Origin: an uncultured Actinomycetota bacterium
GTDB taxonomy: Bacteria > Actinomycetota > Actinomycetes > Actinomycetales > CAVURS01
Direction of reading: 5' to 3'
NCBI GenBank assembly: GCA_963743975.1
Contig: CAVURS010000003.1
Location: 149,512 to 213,511 of the forward strand
Length of the DNA stretch: 64,000 nt
This document shows, one piece after another, positions 18,502 through 27,169 of the stretch. The stretch's first letter is position 1; every line of letters starts with the position of its first letter. Below the pieces are notes generated by a model, which made no database searches, had not been told where the DNA came from, and saw nothing but the letters and a program-made list of their open reading frames with translations. A program made the position numbers and the translations under genes.

Positions 18502-19272
18502 CTACCGGGCTTCGGTGCGGCTCTCGATGGCGAACCGGAAGTGCTCGGGGCGGTACAGGACGTCGGAGTACTCGACCGGGCGCTCTTCCTGGCTGCGGGT
18601 GATGCCGACGACCCGGAGCACCGGTGATCCCGGGGTCAGGCCGAGCAGCTCGGCGTCCTCGAGACCGGCCCGGCCGACCTCGACCAGGTTGTCCGCCGAG
18701 GTCATCTCGATGCCGTGCACCTCGGCGAGCGCGTCGTACAGCGAACCGGTGCCGAGGTCGCGACCGGACATCCCGCGGGCCAGCCGCGACGGGAGCCAGG
18801 CGCTGAGCAGGGCGAGCGGCGCGTCGTCCAGCATCGCCAGCCGGCGCAGGTGCCAGGCGTCACGGCCGCGCAGCTGCAGGGCGGTCGCGACGTCCTCGGG
18901 TGCGCGCTCGACCGCATCGGTCAGCACGGTGACGACGGGGGACAGGCCCTGGCGCTCCATCGACGCGTGGAAGCTGCCGAGGATCTGGATCTTCTCGACC
19001 AGCTTGCGCTCGCGGACGAAGGTGCCCTTGCCGCGCGTCCGGTCGACGTACCCCTCCTTGGTCAGGTCGACCATGGCTTGACGGACGGGCGCGAGGCTCA
19101 CCCCGAGCGCCTCGGCCAGCTCGCGTTCGCGGGGGAGCTGGTCTCCCGGCCGCAGCCAGCCCTGCTCGATCCCTTGCAGCACAGCGACTTTGATCTGGTG
19201 GTGCAGCGGCATCGGGCTGTGCCGGTGCACAGCGCCGGCCAGCCGGTCACGGGTCGCCGGGATCGTCAGCAC
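18502..19272 (-). CDS. GntR-family (HutC subfamily, UTRA domain) transcriptional regulator
   Basis: The wHTH LPRERELAEALGVSLAPVRQAMVDLTKEGYVDRTRGKGTFV is followed by a UTRA-like C-terminal domain. The GTG at 19272 lies about 7 nt after a -10-like hexamer, so the mRNA may be leaderless. Confidence 0.85.
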   Translation of the reverse strand: MLTIPATRDRLAGAVHRHSPMPLHHQIKVAVLQGIEQGWLRPGDQLPRERELAEALGVSLAPVRQAMVDLTKEGYVDRTRGKGTFVRERKLVEKIQILGSFHASMERQGLSPVVTVLTDAVERAPEDVATALQLRGRDAWHLRRLAMLDDAPLALLSAWLPSRLARGMSGRDLGTGSLYDALAEVHGIEMTSADNLVEVGRAGLEDAELLGLTPGSPVLRVVGITRSQEERPVEYSDVLYRPEHFRFAIESRTEAR

Positions 19273-19278
19273 CCGCGA

Positions 19279-19306
19279 AGACTACAAAGTTATAATCTAA
19301 TGTCAA
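19279..19306 (-). promoter_or_regulatory. sigma-70-type promoter TTGACA-16 nt-TAGTCT for the GntR-led operon
   Basis: The reverse complement of 19279-19306 reads TTGACATTAGATTATAACTTTGTAGTCT. This is the only AT-rich patch in the locus. The -35 element overlaps the stop codon of the upstream phosphoesterase gene. Confidence 0.45.
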
Positions 19307-19821
19307 GAGCCCGGTCGTCGGCCGGCCTCCGGCGTCACCGGGACGATCTCGGCCGTCCGGATCACGCCGGCGTCGAGGACGAGCAGGCCCATCGTCCCGC
19401 GCGGCTGTCGCCGGCGGTCGGTGGGCGAACCGGGGTTGAACGCGCGCTGACCGTCGACGGTCACGTCCCAGGGGATGTGCGAGTGGCCGAAGACGACGAG
19501 CGCCGCGTCGGGGAAGCGGCCGCGCAGCCGGGCCGCCCGGCCGGCGGCCGGCCCGCTGTCGTGCAGCATGGCGACGCGCACCCCGGCCAGCTCGGTCTGG
19601 AGCACCGGCGGCGCTCCCCAGGCCTCGACGTCCGGGCCGTCGTTGTTGCCGAGCACGGCGAGCACCGGTGCGTAGGTCGCCAGCTCCTCCAGCACCGACC
19701 GGGTGCAGACGTCACCGGCGTGCAGGATCAGGTCGACGTCCCGCAGCCGCTCGGCGACCGCGTCGGGACACTGCTTCCAGAACCGCGGTGCGTGGGTGTC
19801 GGACAGCACGGCGACCTTCAC
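19303..19821 (-). CDS. YfcE/MJ0936-type metallophosphoesterase
   Basis: GTG start at 19821 within ORF 19303..20031. Motifs present: VAVLSDTHAP, LHAGDVC, LGNNDG and VFGHSHIP. Confidence 0.8.
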   Translation of the reverse strand: MKVAVLSDTHAPRFWKQCPDAVAERLRDVDLILHAGDVCTRSVLEELATYAPVLAVLGNNDGPDVEAWGAPPVLQTELAGVRVAMLHDSGPAAGRAARLRGRFPDAALVVFGHSHIPWDVTVDGQRAFNPGSPTDRRRQPRGTMGLLVLDAGVIRTAEIVPVTPEAGRRPGS

Positions 19822-19981
19822 GCCACGACACAGTACGTCGCGGCCGGCCCGGGCCACGGAGGGCGCCCCGTGCGCGATCCTGACCCGCGACTGACCCTCG
19901 ACCTGCGCCGGGCAGCAGCTCCGCGTAGCGTCGATCGCGCGTGGCGGCACCGCCGTGGGTGACCCCGGGAACGGAGTGACG

Positions 19982-22900
19982 ATGACCCTTGTCAGTCGGC
20001 TCGGCGGGTGGCCGGTGATCCGCCAGATCACGGGGCGCGATCCCCTCGGGCGGGGGGACGCGGCCTACTCGCCGGCGACCCGGGAGCTGACCGCCCGCAC
20101 CGAGACGGCCGACCGCGTGGTGGGCTCGATCTGTCCCTATTGCGCCGTCGGGTGCGGACAGCGGGTCTACGTCAAGGACGAGAAGGTCGTCCAGATCGAG
20201 GGCGACCCCGGCTCGCCGATCAGCCGCGGCCGCCTGTGCCCGAAGGGCTCGGCCACCCTCCAGCTCACGACCGGGGAGTCCCGGGAGCACGAGGTCCTCT
20301 ACCGCCCGCCGCACGCGAGCGACTGGCAGCGGATCGGGCTGGACGAGGCGTTGAACATGGTGGCCGACCGGGTCGTGGCGACGCGGGCCGCGACCTGGCA
20401 GGCCGAGGACGAGGACGGTGTCCGGCTGAACCGGACGATGGGCATCGCCAGCCTCGGCGGCGCCACCCTGGACAACGAGGAGAACTTCCTGATCAAGAAG
20501 TTCTTCACGGCGCTCGGCGTGGTCCAGGTCGAGAACCAGGCCCGCGTCTGCCACAGCTCGACGGTCGTCGGCCTGGGCACGTCGTTCGGGCGCGGCGGGT
20601 CCACGACCTCGCTGCAGGACCTCCAGCACGCCGACTGCATCGTGATCGAGGGGTCCAACTTCGCCGAGGCGCACCCGGTGGGGTTCCAGTGGGTCATGGA
20701 GGCCAAGCTGCGCGGCGCGACGATCATCCACGTCGACCCGCGGTACAGCCGGACCAGCGCGCTCGCCGACATCTACCTGCCGCTGCGCACCGGCACGGAC
20801 ATCGCGTTCCTGGGTGCGCTGATCCGCTACGTGATGGAGAACGAGCTGGACTTCCGGGAGTACGTCCTGGCGTACACCAACGCCTCGACGATCCTGTCCG
20901 AGGACTTCCGGGACACCGAGGACCTGGACGGCCTCTTCTCCGGCTTCAACGGCGACACCCACCACTACGACCACGCGAGCTGGCAGTACGAGGGGATGAA
21001 CGTCCCGGCCGCGTCCGGGGACCGGGACGAGCAGTACGAGCGGATGAGCGACGAGGGCGCCTCGGTGTCCAAGTCGGCCCACGGTGAGTCGCACGGCTCG
21101 GGGGGCCCGGCGCTGGTCGGAGCCCCGCACCGCGACGAGACCCTCCAGCACCCGCGAACGGTCTGGCAGACCCTTCGCCGGCACTACGAGCGGTACACCC
21201 CGGAGATGGTCGAGGAGGTCTGCGGCATCCCGAAGGAGTCGTTCCTGCGGGTGGCCGAGGCGATCACCTCCAACTCGGGCCGGGACCGGACCACGGCGTT
21301 CGCGTACGCCGTCGGCTGGACCCAGCACACGATCGGTGCGCAGAACATCCGGGCCGCCTCGGTGCTTCAGTTGTTGCTCGGCAACATCGGTCGGCGCGGC
21401 GGCGGCATCATGGCTCTGCGCGGCCACGCCAGCATCCAGGGCTCGAGCGACATCCCGACGCTGTTCGACCTCCTGCCGGGCTACCTCCCGATGCCGCACG
21501 CGCACGCGCACGACGACCTGGAGTCCTACCTGCGGGCCGAGACCTCGCAGCGCGGCTTCTGGGCCAACATGCCGGCGTACACGATCAGCCTGATGAAGTC
21601 GTACTGGGGCGACCACGCGCGGGCGGACAACCAGTTCTGCTTCGACTACCTGCCCCGGCTGACCGGGGCGCACGGGACGTACCAGACCGTCGTGGCCCAG
21701 CTCGAGGGGAAGTGCAAGGGCTACTTCCTGTACGGCGAGAACCCGGCGGTCGGCTCGGCCAACGCCCGCATGCAGCGGCTCGGCATGGCCAAGCTGGACT
21801 GGCTCGTCGTCCGCGACTTCTCCCTGATCGAGAGCGCCACGTGGTGGAAGGACGGGCCGGAGATCCGCAGCGGGGAGCTGAAGACCGAGGACATCGGCAC
21901 CGAGGTCTTCTTCTTCCCCGCGGCGGCGCACACCGAGAAGGACGGGACGTTCACGAACACCAACCGCCTGGTGCAGTGGCACCACGCCGCCGTCGAGCCC
22001 GGGGGTGACGCGCGCAGCGACCTGTGGTTCACCTACCACCTGGGCCGCCTGGTCCGGGAGCGGCTGGCCGACTCGACCGACCCGCGCGACCTCCCGGTGC
22101 AGCACGTGCAGTGGGACCTGCCGACCTCCGGCCCGCTCGACGAGCCGAGTGCCGACGAGGTGCTCCGGCAGATCAACGGCCGTGGACCCGACGGCCGGCT
22201 GCTGACGGCGTACACCGAGCTCAAGGACGACGGCTCGACGTCGTGCGGGTGCTGGATCTACTGCGGCGTCTACGGCGACGGCGAGAACCAGTCGGCCCGG
22301 CGCCGCCCGCACACCGAGCAGAACTGGCTCGGCCTGGAGTGGGGCTGGGCCTGGCCGGCCAACCGGCACATCCTCTACAACCGCGCGTCCGCGGACCCGG
22401 AGGGGCGGCCGTGGAGCGAGCGGAAGTCGCTGGTCTGGTGGGACGAGGAGCAGGGCACGTGGACGGGCGAGGACGTGCCCGACTTCGTCCCGGACAAGCG
22501 CCCGGACTACCAGCCGCCCGACGACGCGACCGGACCCGAGGGCCTGTCCGGCACCGAGCCGTTCATCATGCAGGCCGACGGGCGGGGCTGGCTCTACGCA
22601 CCGGCCGGTGTCGTGGACGGCCCGATGCCGACGCACTACGAGCCGCAGGACTCGCCGGTGACCAACGCCCTCTACCCCCGACAGCAGCGCAACCCGGCCC
22701 GCGAGGTGATGGCCCGGGCCGAGAACATGTACCACCCGACGCCCGGCACGCCGGGGGCGGACGCGTACCCGTTCGTGCTGACGACGTACCGGCTCACCGA
22801 GCACTTCACGGCCGGAGGCATGACGCGGTGGACGCCGTACCTCGCGGAGCTGCAGCCCGAGTTCTTCTGCGAGGTCTCGCCCGAGCTGGCCGAGCTCCGA

Positions 22901-23243
22901 GGTCTGGAGCACGGCGGGTGGGCGACGGTCATCACGTGCCCGCAACGCCATCGAGGCCCGGGTGATGGTGACCCGGCGGCTGACGCCGCTGACCGTGGGC
23001 GGTCGCACCGTGCACCAGATCGGCATGCCGTTCCACTGGGGGCCGAACGGCCTGACCCGCGGTGACTCCGCCAACGAGCTCACGGCGGTGAGCCTCGACC
23101 CGACCGCGCACATCCAGGAGGACAAGGCGTTGACCGTCGACATCAGGCCCGGGCGCAAGCCGACCGGTGCGGGCGTGCGCCGCCTGGTCGAGGAGGTGCG
23201 GGTCGCCGCAGGGGTCGACGAGCGCACGGGAACGGAGGTCTGA
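19982..23243 (+). pseudogene. formate dehydrogenase alpha subunit (molybdopterin, Cys-type), with an apparent 1-nt insertion near 22937
   Basis: The protein shows CPYCAVGCG (FeS cluster) and QARVCHSSTV (a Cys codon TGC where E. coli FdnG has Sec). The main ORF 19955..23065 turns into nonsense after GGWATVIT. The genuine C-terminus (NAIEARVMVTRRLTPLTVGGRTVHQIGMPFHWG...IQEDKALTVDIRPG) continues in the +1 frame as ORF 22962..23243. Confidence 0.8.
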
Positions 23244-24097
23244 TGAAGGTCTTCCTGGGCAACGTGCTCTCCGGGCCCGAAGCCGCCGTCGCGGCCGACG
23301 CCGGTCACACCGACCCGCCGCCGCGCAAGGGCTTCTTCACCGACACCAGCGTGTGCATCGGCTGCAAGGCCTGCGAGGTGGCCTGCAAGGAGTGGAACCA
23401 CGTCCCGAGCAAGCCGCTGTCGCTGAAGGGCATGTCCTTCGACAACACGACCGAGCTCAGCGCGAACAGCTGGCGGCACGTCGCGTTCGTCGAGCAGGAG
23501 CGGACGATGCCCGACCCGTCGGGCCGAGCCCGGTGGCTGATGGCCTCCGACGTCTGCAAGCACTGCACCCACGCCGCCTGCCTCGACGTCTGCCCCACGG
23601 GGGCCTTGATCCGCACCGAGTTCGGCACGGTCGTCGTACAGCAGGACGTCTGCAACGGCTGCGGGTACTGCGTGTCGGCCTGCCCGTACGGCGTGATCGA
23701 CAAGCGCGAGGAGGACGGCCGGGTCTTCAAGTGCACGATGTGCTACGACCGGCTCGGGGCCGGGCTCGAGCCGGCCTGCGCCAAGGCCTGCCCCACGCAG
23801 TCCATCCAGTTCGGCGATCTCGACGAGCTGCGGGAGCGGGCGAACGCCCGCGTCGAGAAGCTGCACGCCGACGGCGAGACCTCAGCCCGGCTGTACGGCC
23901 ACGACCCGAACGACGGCGTCGGTGGCGACGGCGCGTTCTTCCTGCTGCTGGACGAGCCCGAGGTCTACGGCCTGCCGCCGGACCCGGTGGTCACCACGCG
24001 CGACCTGGGCTCGATGTGGCGGCACGCCGCGATGGCTGCGGGCGCCCTCGTCGCGATGGCCGTCGGCAGCTTCGTGACGGGGGGCCGCCGCCGCTGA
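23243..24097 (+). CDS. formate dehydrogenase beta subunit (4Fe-4S ferredoxin-type, C-terminal TM anchor)
   Basis: Cys clusters CIGCKACEVAC, CKHCTHAAC, CNGCGYCVSAC and CTMC...CAKAC are present, followed by a C-terminal hydrophobic helix (AAMAAGALVAMAVGSFV). Its ATG overlaps the alpha-subunit stop codon (TGATG). Confidence 0.9.
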   Translation: MKVFLGNVLSGPEAAVAADAGHTDPPPRKGFFTDTSVCIGCKACEVACKEWNHVPSKPLSLKGMSFDNTTELSANSWRHVAFVEQERTMPDPSGRARWLMASDVCKHCTHAACLDVCPTGALIRTEFGTVVVQQDVCNGCGYCVSACPYGVIDKREEDGRVFKCTMCYDRLGAGLEPACAKACPTQSIQFGDLDELRERANARVEKLHADGETSARLYGHDPNDGVGGDGAFFLLLDEPEVYGLPPDPVVTTRDLGSMWRHAAMAAGALVAMAVGSFVTGGRRR

Positions 24098-24118
24098 CGT
24101 CGTGGGTAGCCTCCGGGG

Positions 24119-24664
24119 ATGGGACCTCTGCGGTACTCCATCAACGTCACGCTGGACGGCTGCTGCGACCACCGGGCCATGGCGCCGGACGAGGAGCTGC
24201 ACCGGCACGCCGTCGAGAACCTGCAGCGGGCCGACGCGCTCCTGTTCGGCCGGGTGACCTACCAGATGATGGAAGCGGCCTGGGCGTCCTCGGTCGCCGC
24301 GGCGGGCCGGCCGGCCTGGATGGAGCCCTTCGCCCGGACGATCGACCCGGCCAGGAAGTACGTCGTGTCGAGCACCCTGGATCACGTGGACTGGAACGCC
24401 GAGCTCCTGCGCGGAGAGCTGGGTCCGGCCGTCCGGCAGCTCAAGCAGCAGTCGGTCAAGGGGCTGTTCGTCGGTGGGGTGCAGCTGCCGATGGCGCTGG
24501 CCGAGCTGGGACTCATCGACGAGTACGAGTTCGTCGTCCACCCGCGCGTGGCCGGTCACGGGCGCACGCTGTTCGCCGGGATGTCCGATCGCCTCGACCT
24601 GACGCTTGTCGGCCGTCAAGAGTTCGCGTCGGGCGCGGTGGCGCTGCAGTACGTACCGGTCTAG
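24119..24664 (+). CDS. dihydrofolate-reductase-family protein (RibD C-terminal domain-like)
   Basis: The pattern MGPLRYSINVTLDGC...LLFGRVTYQMM...VGGVQLPMALAELGLIDEYEFVVHP is typical of this family. Confidence 0.8.
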   Translation: MGPLRYSINVTLDGCCDHRAMAPDEELHRHAVENLQRADALLFGRVTYQMMEAAWASSVAAAGRPAWMEPFARTIDPARKYVVSSTLDHVDWNAELLRGELGPAVRQLKQQSVKGLFVGGVQLPMALAELGLIDEYEFVVHPRVAGHGRTLFAGMSDRLDLTLVGRQEFASGAVALQYVPV

Positions 24665-24759
24665 CGGTCGCGTCGGCCCGCGATCATCCGGGCCGCGACG
24701 CCGATGACGACCAGGATCAGCAGGCCGACGAACCACCAGGCCCCGTGTAACCCGCGCAC
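24661..24759 (-). CDS. very small single-TM protein (32 aa)
   Basis: It is not in the ORF track because it is too short. The reverse strand reads GGAAGGAG-tgcc-GTG CGC GGG..., which translates to MRGLHGAWWFVGLLILVVIGVAARMIAGRRDR followed by a stop. Confidence 0.4.
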   Translation of the reverse strand: MRGLHGAWWFVGLLILVVIGVAARMIAGRRDR

Positions 24760-24784
24760 GGCACTCCTTCCGGCTGTCGCTCTC

Positions 24785-24955
24785 TCAGTTGGTGCTGTTG
24801 CGGCGGATCCGGCGGGTGACGCCGCCGAACATCGGTGTGGTCGGGTGTCCTTCGGCGTCGGCCACCTCGCCGTCCACCTGCTGAGCGTGTCGGTAGAACA
24901 ACGTCATCAGGACAGCCAGCACCACCAGGACGAGTACGACTGCGAACCAGATCAC
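24785..24955 (-). CDS. small single-TM protein (56 aa)
   Basis: The reverse strand reads GGGAGG-cgcac-GTG, giving MIWFAVVLVLVVLAVLMTLFYRHAQQVDGEVADAEGHPTTPMFGGVTRRIRRNSTN. This is the 3' part of ORF 24785..25180. Confidence 0.45.
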   Translation of the reverse strand: MIWFAVVLVLVVLAVLMTLFYRHAQQVDGEVADAEGHPTTPMFGGVTRRIRRNSTN

Positions 24956-25170
24956 GTGCGCCTCCCGTGGATGACCCCACCCACGGTGCCACCACCCGCA
25001 GTCCTCCGCATCCGCGCTGCTGCCGCGCGCTGAATGTCCTATTCGGGGAAATCGCCCCGGAAAAGGATTCTGGTGGGATGCAGGAATTGCGCAGTAGCGT
25101 GACGGCGGCCGTGAAGCAGAAGCGTCCTCAAAGGCATTTCGAATCCGCCCGGGGCCCTGGGGTGATCCAC

Positions 25171-25989
25171 ATGCGTACACGGTGGTTGGCTGCTGCGTTC
25201 GGCCTGGCGGTCGTTGCGTCCGCGGTGCTGGTGGGCGGCCCGGCCGCAGCCGGCGAGCAACATCCGGCCTCCGCCGGAGCTGCGGTGAGCCGGCCGGCCG
25301 CCGCGCCCGCGTACACGGCGTCGGTGATCGGCAACTGGCCGATGAACGAGACCAGCCGCCCGACGATGACCGACACGTCGGGCCATGGTCTCAACGGGTA
25401 CATCGGCACCAGTGTGAAAGTGAACTGGCCGACCGGTGACGGCGGCACGGGCTACCACTTCACCGGTCCGGAGAACGTGCAGAACCGCGAACGACTGGTG
25501 CTCGTGAACGACAACCCCCTGCTGGATCCGGGCACCGGCACCTACTCGGTGATCGTGCGGTTCCGCACCACCCTCTCGCAGCCGAACATCCTGCAGAAGG
25601 GCCAGTCCCAGGACGCCGGTGGCTACTGGAAGGTCGTGATCCACAACGGCGGACCCCGGTGTCACTACCGGGACCTGAACTACAACACGAAGGCCACCGA
25701 CTTCGGGGACAAGCCTCCGGCTGCCGCCAAGGTCAATGACGGCAAGTGGCACACGGTGCGCTGCGAGCGGAATGCCAACTCGGTCTGTCTGTATCTGGAC
25801 GAGGGCACGCCGCGGGCGATGAGCCACTGCATCCAGGGCAGCATCGGCAACATCGACAACAAGTGGCCGTTGTCGATCGGCGGCAAGGAGCGCTGCGACC
25901 CGCAGCGGGCCACGACCACCTGTGACTACTTCAGCGGCGACATCGACTGGGTGCGGATCGAAAGGCCGTCCGCGCCGTTCGGGGGCTGA
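25171..25989 (+). CDS. secreted LamG-like (concanavalin A-like jelly-roll) domain protein
   Basis: ATG at 25171 within ORF 24835..25989. It has a signal peptide (MRTRWLAAAFGLAVVASAVLVGGPAAA) and the segments DTSGHGLNG...YSVIVRFRT...ILQKGQS...DGKWHTVRCER...GDIDWVRIE. Confidence 0.75.
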   Translation: MRTRWLAAAFGLAVVASAVLVGGPAAAGEQHPASAGAAVSRPAAAPAYTASVIGNWPMNETSRPTMTDTSGHGLNGYIGTSVKVNWPTGDGGTGYHFTGPENVQNRERLVLVNDNPLLDPGTGTYSVIVRFRTTLSQPNILQKGQSQDAGGYWKVVIHNGGPRCHYRDLNYNTKATDFGDKPPAAAKVNDGKWHTVRCERNANSVCLYLDEGTPRAMSHCIQGSIGNIDNKWPLSIGGKERCDPQRATTTCDYFSGDIDWVRIERPSAPFGG

Positions 25990-26027
25990 GGGCGAACCGG
26001 CCTGATGCCGCTCTGCGCGCGCCCTGG

Positions 26028-26873
26028 TCAGCGCAGGGTCTCCACCACGGCGGTGATGTCGTCCTCGCCGAGGCCGTTGCTCGCGGCCCGGTCGAAGGCC
26101 GAGCGGATCACCGACGGCAGTGCGTCCGTGCCCGGGCTGCGCGGGAACGTGTCGACGAACAGGCCCAGGTCCTTGCGGGCCAGGTCGACGGTGAACTGCG
26201 CGGGATGCTCTGCGCCCACGAACGCCGGGATCCGCTGGGTCAGCGCGACCGGGATCACCGGGAGGTGGGCCAGCAGGTCGGTCAGGGCGTCGTCGGGCAG
26301 CCCGGCTCGCTGGGCGGCGGCCACGGCGTCGGCGAGGAGTGCGGCCCCTCCCAGCAGCAGGTAGTTGTTGAGCAGCTTGGCCTGGGCCGCGCGCTCGACC
26401 TCCGGGCCGATGTCGTACCGCTTGTCGCTGATGTCGCGCAACAGGCCGGCGACGGCGCTCGTGGCGGGCTCGCTCCCGGCGACGAGGAGCAGGGCGTGAC
26501 CGGCCCGCATGAGCGCGGGGGCCCCGGCGATCGGGCAGGCCACGAACCGGTCGGCGTACTGCTCGGCCAGCGAGCCGGACAGGCCCGGCGAGACGGTGCT
26601 GAAGTCGATCACGGTGCCCGTGAGCTCGGACCGGGCGCGTCCCCGAGGCAGCAGCACCTCCCGTACCGCGTCGTCCCCGCTCAGCGAGGTGATGACCGCC
26701 TCGGCACCGGCCACCGCCTGCTCGACCGAACGGGCCTCGACCGCCCCCTGGTCGACCAGCTCACCGGCCCGCCCCGAGGAGCGGTTCCAGACGGTCAGCC
26801 GGTGGCCGCCGCCCAGCACGCGGGCCGCGATGGCCCGGCCCATGTTCCCCAGACCGAGGACGGTTGTCTGCAT
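26028..26873 (-). CDS. NAD(P)-dependent oxidoreductase (3-hydroxyisobutyrate / 6-phosphogluconate dehydrogenase-like)
   Basis: ATG at 26873 within ORF 26028..27119. The N-terminal MQTTVLGLGNMGRAIAARVL is a GxGxxG Rossmann motif. A helical C-terminal domain contains AQAKLLNNYLL. Confidence 0.8.
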   Translation of the reverse strand: MQTTVLGLGNMGRAIAARVLGGGHRLTVWNRSSGRAGELVDQGAVEARSVEQAVAGAEAVITSLSGDDAVREVLLPRGRARSELTGTVIDFSTVSPGLSGSLAEQYADRFVACPIAGAPALMRAGHALLLVAGSEPATSAVAGLLRDISDKRYDIGPEVERAAQAKLLNNYLLLGGAALLADAVAAAQRAGLPDDALTDLLAHLPVIPVALTQRIPAFVGAEHPAQFTVDLARKDLGLFVDTFPRSPGTDALPSVIRSAFDRAASNGLGEDDITAVVETLR

Positions 26874-27169
26874 GGTGGTCCTTCCGTTGAGGCGGGCCGG
26901 ATGCCGGGTTCTGCCCGTTCGTCGGTCCACGGCTCGACGCCTCGAGCCTAGCCCTCCCGGAGCCGGGCGCCTGATCGGTGGAACCGTTGCGGTGATGAGA
27001 GTTTGAGGGCTCGTGCCGGCGCATGTACCGCTGGGTCCGGGCGCCGCTCGGCGATCACGTGCGCCCTGGGAGCATGCTGGACGTTCGACCCATTGCCGTC
27101 GCGCCCGCGCTGCCGACATCCTGGGAACCGACCCGCGGAGTGCACGAGCGACACGCCGGAGCCGCCACG

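Noticed and set aside
20549-20551. A possible selenocysteine (TGA recoding) site in the formate dehydrogenase alpha subunit.
   Set aside because: The codon at the conserved position (QARV-C-HSS) is TGC (Cys), not TGA. No in-frame TGA and no SECIS-like requirement is evident.
22962-23243. The 93-aa ORF 22962..23243 as an independent small gene.
   Set aside because: Its sequence is the conserved C-terminal end of the FDH alpha subunit, displaced by the frameshift. It is not a separate gene.
19712-23866. A 1384-aa ORF on the minus strand, the longest in the track.
   Set aside because: It is antisense to the clearly recognisable formate dehydrogenase alpha and beta genes. Its translation is Arg/Gly/Pro/Ala-rich low complexity with no motifs, which is typical of a shadow ORF in high-GC DNA.
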